Source of the DNA: a virus | Lineage: Duplodnaviria > Caudoviricetes | DNA length: 59,596 nt | IMG/VR virus record: IMGVR_UViG_3300046006_003099 | Location: 1 to 59,596 of that record | Direction: 5' to 3' (one strand) | Shown here: positions 1 through 8,589 of the stretch, one piece after another | How the letters are laid out: each line of letters opens with the position of its first letter | How positions within the stretch are numbered: position 1 is the stretch's first letter | The notes under the pieces: generated by a model | What the model was told of the DNA's origin: nothing | The model's input: only the letters and a program-made list of their open reading frames with translations | Databases searched by the model: none | Translations under genes and position numbers: made by a program

Positions 1-1759
1 ATAACTGATTATAACCTAGAATTTTACTTTCTAACTTTCTATTTTCTTCAATGAAATCAAAGTTTCTTTCATAGTCTTTAAGTAGGGATGTTTTTTCTCT
101 GTAATCAACTCTCATTCTATCGATTTCAATTTCAGTTTTATCTTTAGACATACTTAATTTATCGTACAAATCAGAATTCTTTTTTTCTCCACTAATTTTA
201 GTTAGTTTGTCACAAATCTTTTCTATTTTTGTGACAATAGTCTTTAATTCCTTTTCTTTAACTTTTAAAAGTTTTTCATTGTCTTTGATTTCTGAACTAT
301 GATCAACCTCATCTAAAGCCCTTTTACAGGTAGGGCAGATTTCCCCCTCTTTTAAATCTTTAATTAGTTTCTCTATTGTTTTTATGGAAGACTCAATACC
401 ATTCTTTTCCACCAATAAAGTTTTTTCTTCTGTACGATATTCTTCATGTACATCCTCATCATATGAAAATTTAGGTATAACTTTTATTTGTCCAGTTATA
501 TCATCTAATGTTTCTTTAAGTGTTACACCCTTTTTAGTTAGTACGTCTATTTCTTTTTTTAACGTATCAGGATTTACTTTCTTAATTTCATCATCAATAC
601 TATATCTTTTACCTAATAAGTCCTCCTTCTTAGTCTTAGCCGTATTTATTTTTTCTAAAACCTCACTTAACTTTTTATCGTTTTCTTTATTCGAAATCCT
701 ATTGTCACTAATATTTCTTTTATATTCTTCAATATCTATTTCTAATTGTTTAGTGTTAAATAGATTTGATTTCATTTTACTTTTGAATTCTGACATCAAC
801 CCTTTATTGATTTCTTCCTTCTTCTCAATAATTTCTAAACCAATAAACTTAGTCAGTAACCTACCTCTTTGGGTGGGTTTAGTTTCCATAAGATCCTCTA
901 AATTTTTTGAGGTGGCAACAATAGTCAACATAAAGTCATCATAAGAACCTATAGTATCTTCAATTAACTTATCTGTTTCTCTCCTCTGTTCACCTTCCAA
1001 ATTTTCTTTGGTTCCGTCTGACAACATCTTATAAAACTCTAAAGATGTAGAGACTTTGTATTCACCGTTCTTAGATAATTTTCTATTAAGTGTACGTTCA
1101 ATTACATATTCATCACCATCTATTTCAATATGCCCTCCAACCAATACATCGTCTTTATTTGAGAAAGTGTTAAACACTTCGTTATTAACTTCAGTTTTAG
1201 TTGTCTTACCAAAAAATAAAAATAACAATGAATCAATTGTAAAAATTGTTTTACCACCTTGATTCGCAGGTATTGAGTTTACTACTGTTAACCCATCTAA
1301 ATTTTTGTATTCAACCTCATTATTTTCACCAAAAGAAAGAAAATTATTTAACCATAACTTTTTAATACTCCATCTTCTATATCTAATATCCTCTTCTTCG
1401 TTATTGATGAGGATTTCATTTATCTTATCATCTAACCTACAAAGTCTTTCATAGTCAACCGTAACTTCATTCAACTTCAACCACTCCACAAATAACCCCC
1501 TTTGGTAGGCAGTATCCATAATGTTATCAATTAACCCCTCACTAATATCTATTACTTTACCAGCACTATTTTTTAGAATAGGTATGAAGTTTATTTTAAT
1601 TGCAGATTTGTGTACACCATATTTTTCTGAGAAATATGTTTTTACCCTATTAACAGTTTCTATTGACCTATTTTCAGGATAGTCTTGCCAATCAACTCTA
1701 ATTTGTGCCTTTTCAGGAACATCAATTAATTTTTTTGTTTTTTCTATTGTATTTTCCAT
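1..1759 (-). CDS. sbcC: SbcC/Rad50-like (T4 gp46-like) recombination ATPase, 3'-truncated by the window edge
   Basis: Not in the ORF track because there is no stop in the window. Hand translation from ATG at 1759: MENTIEKTKKLIDVPEKAQIRVDW...RWSIKKLWLNNFLSFGENNEVEYKNLDGLTVVNSIPANQGGKTIFTIDSLLFLFFGKT (SMC-type N-terminus with variant Walker A), then a long coiled coil and an in-frame zinc hook EICPTCKR at ~320-343. An SbcD gene lies nearby. Confidence 0.92.
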   Translation of the reverse strand, partial: MENTIEKTKKLIDVPEKAQIRVDWQDYPENRSIETVNRVKTYFSEKYGVHKSAIKINFIPILKNSAGKVIDISEGLIDNIMDTAYQRGLFVEWLKLNEVTVDYERLCRLDDKINEILINNEEEDIRYRRWSIKKLWLNNFLSFGENNEVEYKNLDGLTVVNSIPANQGGKTIFTIDSLLFLFFGKTTKTEVNNEVFNTFSNKDDVLVGGHIEIDGDEYVIERTLNRKLSKNGEYKVSTSLEFYKMLSDGTKENLEGEQRRETDKLIEDTIGSYDDFMLTIVATSKNLEDLMETKPTQRGRLLTKFIGLEIIEKKEEINKGLMSEFKSKMKSNLFNTKQLEIDIEEYKRNISDNRISNKENDKKLSEVLEKINTAKTKKEDLLGKRYSIDDEIKKVNPDTLKKEIDVLTKKGVTLKETLDDITGQIKVIPKFSYDEDVHEEYRTEEKTLLVEKNGIESSIKTIEKLIKDLKEGEICPTCKRALDEVDHSSEIKDNEKLLKVKEKELKTIVTKIEKICDKLTKISGEKKNSDLYDKLSMSKDKTEIEIDRMRVDYREKTSLLKDYERNFDFIEENRKLESKILGYNQL

Positions 1760-1762
1760 AAA

Positions 1763-2290
1763 TTATTTTTTTAATATATTAGATCCAAACCAACCACCTT
1801 TTTTTTCTTCCCCATAAAAATCAGTTTCTTTTTTAGGTTTTTTCTTTTCAGATTCTAATTCTGATTTAAGTTTTTCTATTTCATTATCCTTTAAAGATAA
1901 CTTATCATGGAAAATATTTTCCATTTCACCCACTTTAGTGGAAAATTTTTGTAACTCAGACTCACTTTCTCTTAGTTTAGTGGAAAATTCTTTATTCTCG
2001 TTCTCCAACTGTTCGATTTTTCCGAACAGTTCATTCTCACTTGTTTTATCACTAATATATTCTACTTTTGTGACAATTTTTTCAACTGGTACCTCTCTAA
2101 TTACCTCAACAACTTTTTCAACTATTTTTTCTACTTCTTTGACTTCAATCGCCCCTAAAGGTGTTGCACCAAATTTTTCGACACTATAACCTTGTCGAAT
2201 CATCTTAATAATAAATTCATCTATATTAGAAATGTCATTCAGACGACAATATTCCCATATTTCATCTTTTAATTTTTTAGGTACTTCCAT
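1763..2290 (-). CDS. Hypothetical coiled-coil protein with possible N-terminal ribbon-helix-helix-like domain
   Basis: 175 aa ORF tightly packed between sbcD and sbcC. It has VEKIVEKVVEVIREVPVEK repeats and a Glu/Lys heptad-rich C-terminal half. Confidence 0.7.
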   Translation of the reverse strand: MEVPKKLKDEIWEYCRLNDISNIDEFIIKMIRQGYSVEKFGATPLGAIEVKEVEKIVEKVVEVIREVPVEKIVTKVEYISDKTSENELFGKIEQLENENKEFSTKLRESESELQKFSTKVGEMENIFHDKLSLKDNEIEKLKSELESEKKKPKKETDFYGEEKKGGWFGSNILKK

Positions 2291-3111
2291 TATGAATTTG
2301 TTAAATATTCTCTTTCATTATCAATATCTTCCAATGAATTTATTTTAAAAACATAATAACCGTAATCAGTTTTTATATCGTGTTCGGTATAGTCTAAATG
2401 TTCTACATCCCAAACAAGGTATCCGTGACCACTAACTCTTTCCCCAAAATCTTGTTGTATCAAACTACCACAATATGTTATATTACTACCTCTTCTCACA
2501 AAATTTTGTCTGTGGTGAATGTCTCCCATCAGTACTGCATCACAACCATCGAATTGTTCTAATTGTGTGTGATCCTCAAATTCAAAACCTACTGAAGTAA
2601 TTGCCCCATTAACTGGTGCATGAAATAACCCAATGTATTTTTTATCTTTACCGTATTGTTTCTTAGCCTCTTTAATGTTTGGTTGGGCGTTCTCTTCAAA
2701 AATAGAATAAACACACCACACTATATTTTCATCTAAATAACACTTGCTTTCTTTGAAGTACGAAACGTGTTCACTGAATGTTCTTTTTTCTATAACGGGT
2801 GTAAGGGAATCTACTCTCTCCTTATTATTTTCTAATAAATCGTGATTACCCGCAATAACTATTACTGGGCAAAGTTTAGTACACTCATCCAAAAACCAAG
2901 TAACTAATACAGATAACTCGTTTGATATTGTGATTTTTTGATGAACTATGTCACCTGCAATTACAATTCTAGCCTCATTATGTTTTAAATTATTTTCTTT
3001 TATGTAGTTAGAAACTTCTTCTAAAAATTTTTGACAGACTATCTCTGACTCATCCAATCTTTTATACGTCCTAAAGTGTAAGTCCGCAATATGGAATAAC
3101 TTTTTTACCAT
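2290..3111 (-). CDS. sbcD: SbcD/Mre11-like (gp47-like) metallophosphoesterase nuclease
   Basis: Calcineurin-like motifs ADLH, AGDIVH, AGNHD, FHAPV and GDIHHRQ, plus YCGSLIQQDFGE. Linked to sbcC. Confidence 0.93.
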   Translation of the reverse strand: MVKKLFHIADLHFRTYKRLDESEIVCQKFLEEVSNYIKENNLKHNEARIVIAGDIVHQKITISNELSVLVTWFLDECTKLCPVIVIAGNHDLLENNKERVDSLTPVIEKRTFSEHVSYFKESKCYLDENIVWCVYSIFEENAQPNIKEAKKQYGKDKKYIGLFHAPVNGAITSVGFEFEDHTQLEQFDGCDAVLMGDIHHRQNFVRRGSNITYCGSLIQQDFGERVSGHGYLVWDVEHLDYTEHDIKTDYGYYVFKINSLEDIDNEREYLTNS

Positions 3112-3115
3112 TTTA

Positions 3116-3146
3116 CAAATATAATATATTTTTTTATTATTTCAAA
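3116..3146 (-). promoter_or_regulatory. Bacteroidota-type primary-sigma promoter upstream of sbcD
   Basis: Minus strand reads TTTG-N19-TATATTTG, matching the Bacteroidetes -33/-7 consensus TTTG / TAnnTTTG. Confidence 0.7.
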
Positions 3147-3149
3147 GAG

Positions 3150-4061
3150 TTAGTTGAAGAATGTTCTGTTGGTTTTTAACACCTCAAACATATTATCAAC
3201 ATGATGGGAAAAGTCATCACAATTTATTACTTTATAGTTATCATTTTCCTCATTGAACCATACTAAGTGACAACTTCCAATTTTTAGATTAGTATTACGT
3301 TCAATTATTTTCTTATATATAGATAACTGCAATGAATATGTATTAAACTCACATTCATCTAACATCCAAAGACAGTCCTTCATTTTATTACCGAAGTCAT
3401 TCTTCATTCTAAGAGTGGTGTTAGTTTTCCAATCCCATATCTGTAAACACTGATACCTTTCGTTCCAAAATAATTGATCCACCATTCCACATAACATTAA
3501 ATCACTATCACCCACCACTAACTCAGACTTAACAGGAATTAATTTACCCTTAATAATAGTATCTTCGTAAAAATTATGAAAATGTCCCTTCATAACTTCA
3601 AATGTATCTTTAATTTCATCAAATTTTAAACCTTCTGGACTAAACTGAGGGTATGGTTTTATTTTATTACTCAAATAGTTTTCAATATAGTCGTGTAATG
3701 TAGAACCCTCATAAGTGGCATGATGATTTTTATATTTCCATAGTTTATCTATGTCTGATTCAGTAACCCATTCGGATTCAGGTTTTGGTTTTGAGTAGTC
3801 TGGTCTACCGTAAGGGTCATCTTCCATCGGAAGGAAGTTCTGTTTGTGGGCATATTTATCTGCCATACTTTTGGCTTCATATATATGTCCCTGTCTCTCT
3901 GCCCATTTATCAGCCTTACCTACATTATCTTCAAAATGATGTTCAAATTTACCAATAAACCCAGTACACGATAGTGTTTGTATACCATCAATGTAATATT
4001 TATGGGGTTCATCATAGTATTTTATATGATTAAATTTAGATAATTCCTTAATTATATCCAT
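3150..4061 (-). CDS. PD-(D/E)XK (RecB-like) exonuclease
   Basis: Motifs GSTLHDYIE, SELVV, GMVDQLF, IWDWKT and YSLQLSIY. ATG at 4061 is preferred to the track start at 4085, which overlaps the promoter. Confidence 0.85.
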   Translation of the reverse strand: MDIIKELSKFNHIKYYDEPHKYYIDGIQTLSCTGFIGKFEHHFEDNVGKADKWAERQGHIYEAKSMADKYAHKQNFLPMEDDPYGRPDYSKPKPESEWVTESDIDKLWKYKNHHATYEGSTLHDYIENYLSNKIKPYPQFSPEGLKFDEIKDTFEVMKGHFHNFYEDTIIKGKLIPVKSELVVGDSDLMLCGMVDQLFWNERYQCLQIWDWKTNTTLRMKNDFGNKMKDCLWMLDECEFNTYSLQLSIYKKIIERNTNLKIGSCHLVWFNEENDNYKVINCDDFSHHVDNMFEVLKTNRTFFN

Positions 4062-4082
4062 TAGCGTAATATTTATTATTAA

Positions 4083-4114
4083 CAATTATAGTAAAAATTA
4101 ATTAAAAAGACAAA
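4083..4114 (-). promoter_or_regulatory. Host-type promoter for the PD-(D/E)XK nuclease
   Basis: Minus strand TTTG-N20-TATAATTG, also readable as TTGTCT-N17-TATAAT. Confidence 0.55.
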
Positions 4115-4116
4115 TT

Positions 4117-4566
4117 ATGAGTAATGTATCAGATGATTATTTAAAGAAAATTTTTAAAATAATATATAAGTTCGCTAAATCAGAATTTCCTAGAATAGAA
4201 GTTTCTTGGTTATTTGATGATGCGTCGGTTTATGAAGATATTTTTATGTTCATACAGGACAAATTATCTCATAGTGATTCAGAAGAAGTAGACTTTATAT
4301 ACGCCAGTTTTAGTCGCAATTGGGAAATGTATGGAAGTTCGTTTCCAGAAATATATGGTGAAGTTGTTAGACCTAAATTAACTATGTATGAAGGTAGAAA
4401 AACTTATGGTGCAACAGTTGTATATAACGAGTTTTACCATCAAAGTACATATTTACCAGTGATGTTGGAATATATGATAAATGAATTTCAAATAAATGAA
4501 GATCATGTAGATACAGATATACGAGATACTTGGGATCACGAAATAAGTGTAGAAGAGAAAAAATAG
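4117..4566 (+). CDS. Hypothetical acidic protein
   Basis: 149 aa ATG-started ORF filling the gap between minus-strand genes. ATATTTATT motif upstream at ~4069-4077. Confidence 0.7.
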   Translation: MSNVSDDYLKKIFKIIYKFAKSEFPRIEVSWLFDDASVYEDIFMFIQDKLSHSDSEEVDFIYASFSRNWEMYGSSFPEIYGEVVRPKLTMYEGRKTYGATVVYNEFYHQSTYLPVMLEYMINEFQINEDHVDTDIRDTWDHEISVEEKK

Positions 4567-4568
4567 TT

Positions 4569-5147
4569 ATGAAGTTTTCAGATATATTAAAAGAAGGTAT
4601 ACCAATTTATGGTGAGTATGAATCTAATATTAATAAAAAAATGTTAGAAAGACTGAAAAGTTATTATAAAAATACTCCCGAATATATATTAAATGATATT
4701 TTTAATACCAATATCAAACAACATACTAATGATATTGAAAAAAATTATTATAATGATCCTGCACTATTTTTGGCTAGGTTTGATGGTGGTTACTGGGATA
4801 GTTTCTTAAAAGGTCCTTGGAACTTAGAGATTATAAATGTTAACCCTGAGGACTTTGACGATAATACCGTAAACGCATTTTTAGAAAGAGACTTCGGTAA
4901 TATAGATTCTTATTTAGTCCCTAAAGATGAAGAAAGAACTTCAACACAACGAAGGCTCGCCAAATCTACTGGTATGAACGAGCCTGTCATTGTGGAAAGA
5001 AAACCTAATGGTAAATACGAACTTATAGAAGGTTGGCATCGTACTATGTCCATATTACTATTAGGTAATAACGGTGAAGACTTAAAAAACTGGAATAAAG
5101 TTAAAATTAGAGCCTTCGTAAGAGATATCTATAAAAAACCTTATTAA
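4569..5147 (+). CDS. ParB/sulfiredoxin-like domain protein
   Basis: C-terminal EPVIVERKPNGKYELIEGWHRT matches the ParB/Srx P-I-x-V...hhDG-x-HR motif. Likely start is ATG 4569 (MKFSDILKE), just after the upstream stop. Confidence 0.75.
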   Translation: MKFSDILKEGIPIYGEYESNINKKMLERLKSYYKNTPEYILNDIFNTNIKQHTNDIEKNYYNDPALFLARFDGGYWDSFLKGPWNLEIINVNPEDFDDNTVNAFLERDFGNIDSYLVPKDEERTSTQRRLAKSTGMNEPVIVERKPNGKYELIEGWHRTMSILLLGNNGEDLKNWNKVKIRAFVRDIYKKPY

Positions 5148-5551
5148 ACGGTGTGTTCTATCTGAACTCTCACACAATTTTGTGGTAATCTATTTATATG
5201 TCTGTAGTTATTGATGTAACCCATCATATTAGCACTGCCGATTGCATTTGCCGAATGGATGACTACATCAACAACTGTATTACCATCCAACCATTTTTCT
5301 ACTAACCATTTAGTACAATCCATGCCAGTTTTTTCTGTAATATTATCATAATTTAATTCGTAATTATAATAAACATTTTTGTGCCATTCATTCATCGCAC
5401 TATCACCCAAATCGTGATCCAATGAAATAAGTTCGATATTATCTAAACCGATTTCATCTACTTTTTTTACAAACTCATCATAATTTCGAACTACTACCCA
5501 ATCACCTTGTATTGGTGTTCTTACATCATCTAAATAGATTTTACTTTTCAT
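5144..5551 (-). CDS. Cyclic-phosphate-processing receiver (cREC)-like domain protein
   Basis: Motifs IYLDDVRTP, ISLDHDLG, TGMDCTKWL and IHSANAIG are typical of this stand-alone receiver-fold family seen in phages. Confidence 0.8.
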   Translation of the reverse strand: MKSKIYLDDVRTPIQGDWVVVRNYDEFVKKVDEIGLDNIELISLDHDLGDSAMNEWHKNVYYNYELNYDNITEKTGMDCTKWLVEKWLDGNTVVDVVIHSANAIGSANMMGYINNYRHINRLPQNCVRVQIEHTV

Positions 5552-5556
5552 ATTTA

Positions 5557-6507
5557 TTATATTAAACTTTCTTTTATTTTTTTTGCGGTTGATAGTACAT
5601 CTATCACCCCTTTCTTACCTAATTTTTGATTTATATCTGATATATCATATCCATCAGGTAATTTTATTATTAAAACTCTATTATGTAATTTAGTTGAGTT
5701 TAGTTTTTTATATAGATTAATTGCGTCTTTGTAAGCGTCAGAGTCTAACAATATTATTACCTTACTTTCAGCCCTCTTAACTAATTTAGTGAATAATTCA
5801 TCACTTATAACTTTACCTAACATTGGTATACTGTTGGGTACTACGATATGATCGAATACACCCTCAACAATGTATATGTTCGCATCCCAATTAACTTTAC
5901 ACTCATTAAAAACAATTTCACTTTTTGGTATATCAGGGTTCTTATACTTTAGTTTGGTGTATTTTTCATAACTCCTACCTAAAAAATAATTTATGTCACC
6001 GTGTATATCGTATGATGGAAATATTACCCTTTTAGAGTACTCACCTATTTTACAATACCCTATATTGTATTTTTTAATAGTATCTAAATCAATATTTCTT
6101 TTAACTAAATAATCCATTGCAAGATTATAGTCCTCACCACTACCTTCTAAACTTAAAGATATAAATTCTTTAGGTAATCCTTTAATTTCAACCCTTTCTT
6201 TTTCCTTTTTATCCTTTATGGGTTCAGGGTTAATTAATTTATATTGTTTTAAATCGTTTTTGTTACCGTAATTTTTAATTAGTTTATATAAACTACCGTG
6301 TGTATCGTTTGTTTCAGAACACGCCCAACATTTATAGACATTATGTTCATAGTTTACTTCTAAATTACCTTTACCGTCACCTTTACTTAAACCTTTAATT
6401 TCGTAAGAACAAACAGGACAGTCAAAGGACATTTGTCCTTTATCTTTATGATGATTTTTAGGGTTTCCTAAAATACCTTCTAATATCTCAACTATTAATT
6501 CTGACAT
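5557..6507 (-). CDS. dnaG: DNA primase (zinc-binding domain plus TOPRIM)
   Basis: CPVC...CWAC zinc finger, YLVKRNI, RVIFP, KYKNP, and TOPRIM motifs IVEGVFD and LLDSDA. Confidence 0.92.
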   Translation of the reverse strand: MSELIVEILEGILGNPKNHHKDKGQMSFDCPVCSYEIKGLSKGDGKGNLEVNYEHNVYKCWACSETNDTHGSLYKLIKNYGNKNDLKQYKLINPEPIKDKKEKERVEIKGLPKEFISLSLEGSGEDYNLAMDYLVKRNIDLDTIKKYNIGYCKIGEYSKRVIFPSYDIHGDINYFLGRSYEKYTKLKYKNPDIPKSEIVFNECKVNWDANIYIVEGVFDHIVVPNSIPMLGKVISDELFTKLVKRAESKVIILLDSDAYKDAINLYKKLNSTKLHNRVLIIKLPDGYDISDINQKLGKKGVIDVLSTAKKIKESLI

Positions 6508-6515
6508 AACTTTTA

Positions 6516-6546
6516 CAAATATAGTAATTTTTTCGTTATAAACAAA
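6516..6546 (-). promoter_or_regulatory. Bacteroidota-type promoter upstream of primase
   Basis: Minus strand TTTG-N19-TATATTTG, with the same spacing as the sbcD promoter. Confidence 0.7.
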
Positions 6547-6555
6547 AAATTAAGC

Positions 6556-6582
6556 AAAAAAATATCGGCTTTTGACCGATAT
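6556..6582 (-). terminator. Rho-independent terminator downstream of the ruvC-like gene
   Basis: Minus strand ATATCGG-tcaaaag-CCGATAT hairpin followed by a T run. Confidence 0.6.
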
Positions 6583-6632
6583 ATAGTAGTCAATTGACCG
6601 ATATTTCTTTTTATCGGTCAAATAACCGATAT
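6562..6632. repeat. Five copies of a (TTGA)CCGATAT motif in mixed orientation
   Basis: Copies at 6562-6568 (inverted), 6572-6582, 6594-6604, 6612-6621 (inverted) and 6623-6632. Confidence 0.85.
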
Positions 6633-7264
6633 TATGCCCACTTACCTTCTTTTCTCATTTGCCCTAAAACACATGCATAAGCATCAGTCATATCATAATT
6701 TTCTTTAACTAACTTTTGGTGTTTATCGTACATCCAAACAATTTGTGGTTCCCTCTCATTCACCTTCTCCCATATAACTACTTTTTTATCTATTTCCCAA
6801 TCGTAGTTACCAAAAAGGACTGGTTGTTTTCCACCTATTTCTTTTTCCGTATAATTTTCACCTTTTTTATTAGTCTTTCTTATTTGCATAAGTTCTGGAA
6901 ACGCAAATTTTCTAGCATCATATGATGATATAAATTCAGGTACTATATTTAAAACTTCATAAACTGATCTACAAATCATACCGTTAAACCTAAGTAATGT
7001 AGCAACTGTATTGACGTTATTTGATCTCACTAATGGTTCCTCAATAATAACTCTTTTAATATCAATATCACTATATTTTTCTAAAAACTCAAATTGGAAA
7101 ATTTGTGCTTTTTTAATTAATAATTCAATATTATCTTTAGGATTTGGTTTGACTTTAGGTGTAATGTGTGTCAGTAACTGTAATTTACCATTATCCCCAA
7201 AATCTTCAAAAAGGGATATCCCTATTGTTTTGGTGGACACGTCTAACCCTAATATTCTACTCAT
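6632..7264 (-). CDS. ruvC: RuvC-like Holliday junction resolvase
   Basis: RNase H-fold acidic motifs ILGLDVSTKTIG, IIEEP and YDMTDAY. Confidence 0.8.
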   Translation of the reverse strand: MSRILGLDVSTKTIGISLFEDFGDNGKLQLLTHITPKVKPNPKDNIELLIKKAQIFQFEFLEKYSDIDIKRVIIEEPLVRSNNVNTVATLLRFNGMICRSVYEVLNIVPEFISSYDARKFAFPELMQIRKTNKKGENYTEKEIGGKQPVLFGNYDWEIDKKVVIWEKVNEREPQIVWMYDKHQKLVKENYDMTDAYACVLGQMRKEGKWA

Positions 7265-7281
7265 AAAAAACTTTTTTTAAC

Positions 7282-8577
7282 TTATATAATTATCTGTACA
7301 TCAAATACAACAAAATCGTTTTTCTTTTTTACTATTTGTCGATCTGTTTTACCGATAGCCAAAATATTTCCTGCCACATCTGTAATTGCAATTTCACTTA
7401 TTCTTACATCGTCATTAACTGTTAATGTAGGATTTTGTGAATTATAGAATTCTCCTCTAGCCGCAATACACACTATGTTTTGTACAAAATCATTTTGTAT
7501 ACTATCGATTGTGATATTATATGTATTGGCACTGTAATAGTAAAGTCCTAAACCATTATTTAAAGTATTGGTATTTGTATTACCACTAAAATTTAATGCA
7601 ATATTTTCTACAATATATGGATCAGTTATCGCAAAAATACCTTTATCTAAATACATTACACCCGCAATTTTATCTGAATAAATTTGCGTATCGGCTACTG
7701 TCTGTACATTAATTAGTTCTTTTGCGTTTAAACTAAATGGTTTAAATGAATCATATCCTGTTGACCAACTTTTAGTTGAGTCATTGTTTGGTTTTTGTAT
7801 ACTATCGGACACTAAAAATGATACATTGATGTCGTTTGCGAATAATGCCTTAGGATATGAACTAATATCTCTAAACTGACTATCTAAGGTTGTTTTAGGA
7901 ATTGTTGTTTTAGGGAATGTACTATAAATTTCATAGGTAGTAATTCCAGTAGGTGTTCCACCACTCGTAAAACCAGTATAAATAGGTAATTTTATCTTAA
8001 TACTTCTACCATCAATTATTTCACCATACTGACTATTATCAATTACACCTAATAATATGTTGCTTAATCCCAAACCACTAAATGGTGTATCTGACCAACC
8101 TCCATTTTTAGAAGTGGTTCCAGTATAAATGTTATTATCAACATCTCTAATAGGTAAAGATAAACTTTTAAAGAGGTTGGTAAATTTATTTGATGTGTCA
8201 CTTTTATCTAAAGTAACATAAGTTAAGTTAGTACCACTAACTGTAGTCTCACCCACAAAAAATGAGTTCATACTAATGGAAGATGAATTTGGCTCAACTT
8301 GTTTTTTAGTATTAGGTGAAACAGTCACATATAATTTACTATTGATGAATACATTTTCTGAAATGTTATCATTAGTACTTAAATTATAACCAATATCTCC
8401 ACTATTTGTGGGTATTAATCCAGATGTTAATTTTTCACTAGTATTGTAATTTGCGTCAGAATCACCTAAAGTGAAATGTGAAAAAATTTTATTATTATTT
8501 AATAATATTTTTTCCCTTCCAACCTTTGTTAATCTCGCCTTTACGGTTATTGTTGATGCACTATTTATAAATCCCAT
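7282..8577 (-). CDS. Virion structural protein with tail-collar-fibre (DUF3751-like) termini
   Basis: N-terminal ARLTKVGREKI and C-terminal ISEIAITDVAGNILAIGK. Paralogous to 8590..10818. Confidence 0.65.
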   Translation of the reverse strand: MGFINSASTITVKARLTKVGREKILLNNNKIFSHFTLGDSDANYNTSEKLTSGLIPTNSGDIGYNLSTNDNISENVFINSKLYVTVSPNTKKQVEPNSSSISMNSFFVGETTVSGTNLTYVTLDKSDTSNKFTNLFKSLSLPIRDVDNNIYTGTTSKNGGWSDTPFSGLGLSNILLGVIDNSQYGEIIDGRSIKIKLPIYTGFTSGGTPTGITTYEIYSTFPKTTIPKTTLDSQFRDISSYPKALFANDINVSFLVSDSIQKPNNDSTKSWSTGYDSFKPFSLNAKELINVQTVADTQIYSDKIAGVMYLDKGIFAITDPYIVENIALNFSGNTNTNTLNNGLGLYYYSANTYNITIDSIQNDFVQNIVCIAARGEFYNSQNPTLTVNDDVRISEIAITDVAGNILAIGKTDRQIVKKKNDFVVFDVQIII

Positions 8578-8589
8578 TTTATTGTTTAT

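Noticed and set aside
384-2189. Plus-strand ORFs 384..944, 1056..1262 and 1938..2189
   Set aside because: They are Ser/Phe/Leu/Ile-rich antisense shadows of the Lys/Glu-rich minus-strand sbcC and coiled-coil genes.
3150-4061. Cas4 / CRISPR adaptation assignment for the PD-(D/E)XK nuclease
   Set aside because: It lacks the Cas4 Fe-S Cys arrangement (three clustered C-terminal Cys), and no cas genes or repeat-spacer array are present in the window.
6562-6632. Mini CRISPR array
   Set aside because: The repeats are only ~10 bp, in mixed orientation, with spacers far too short.
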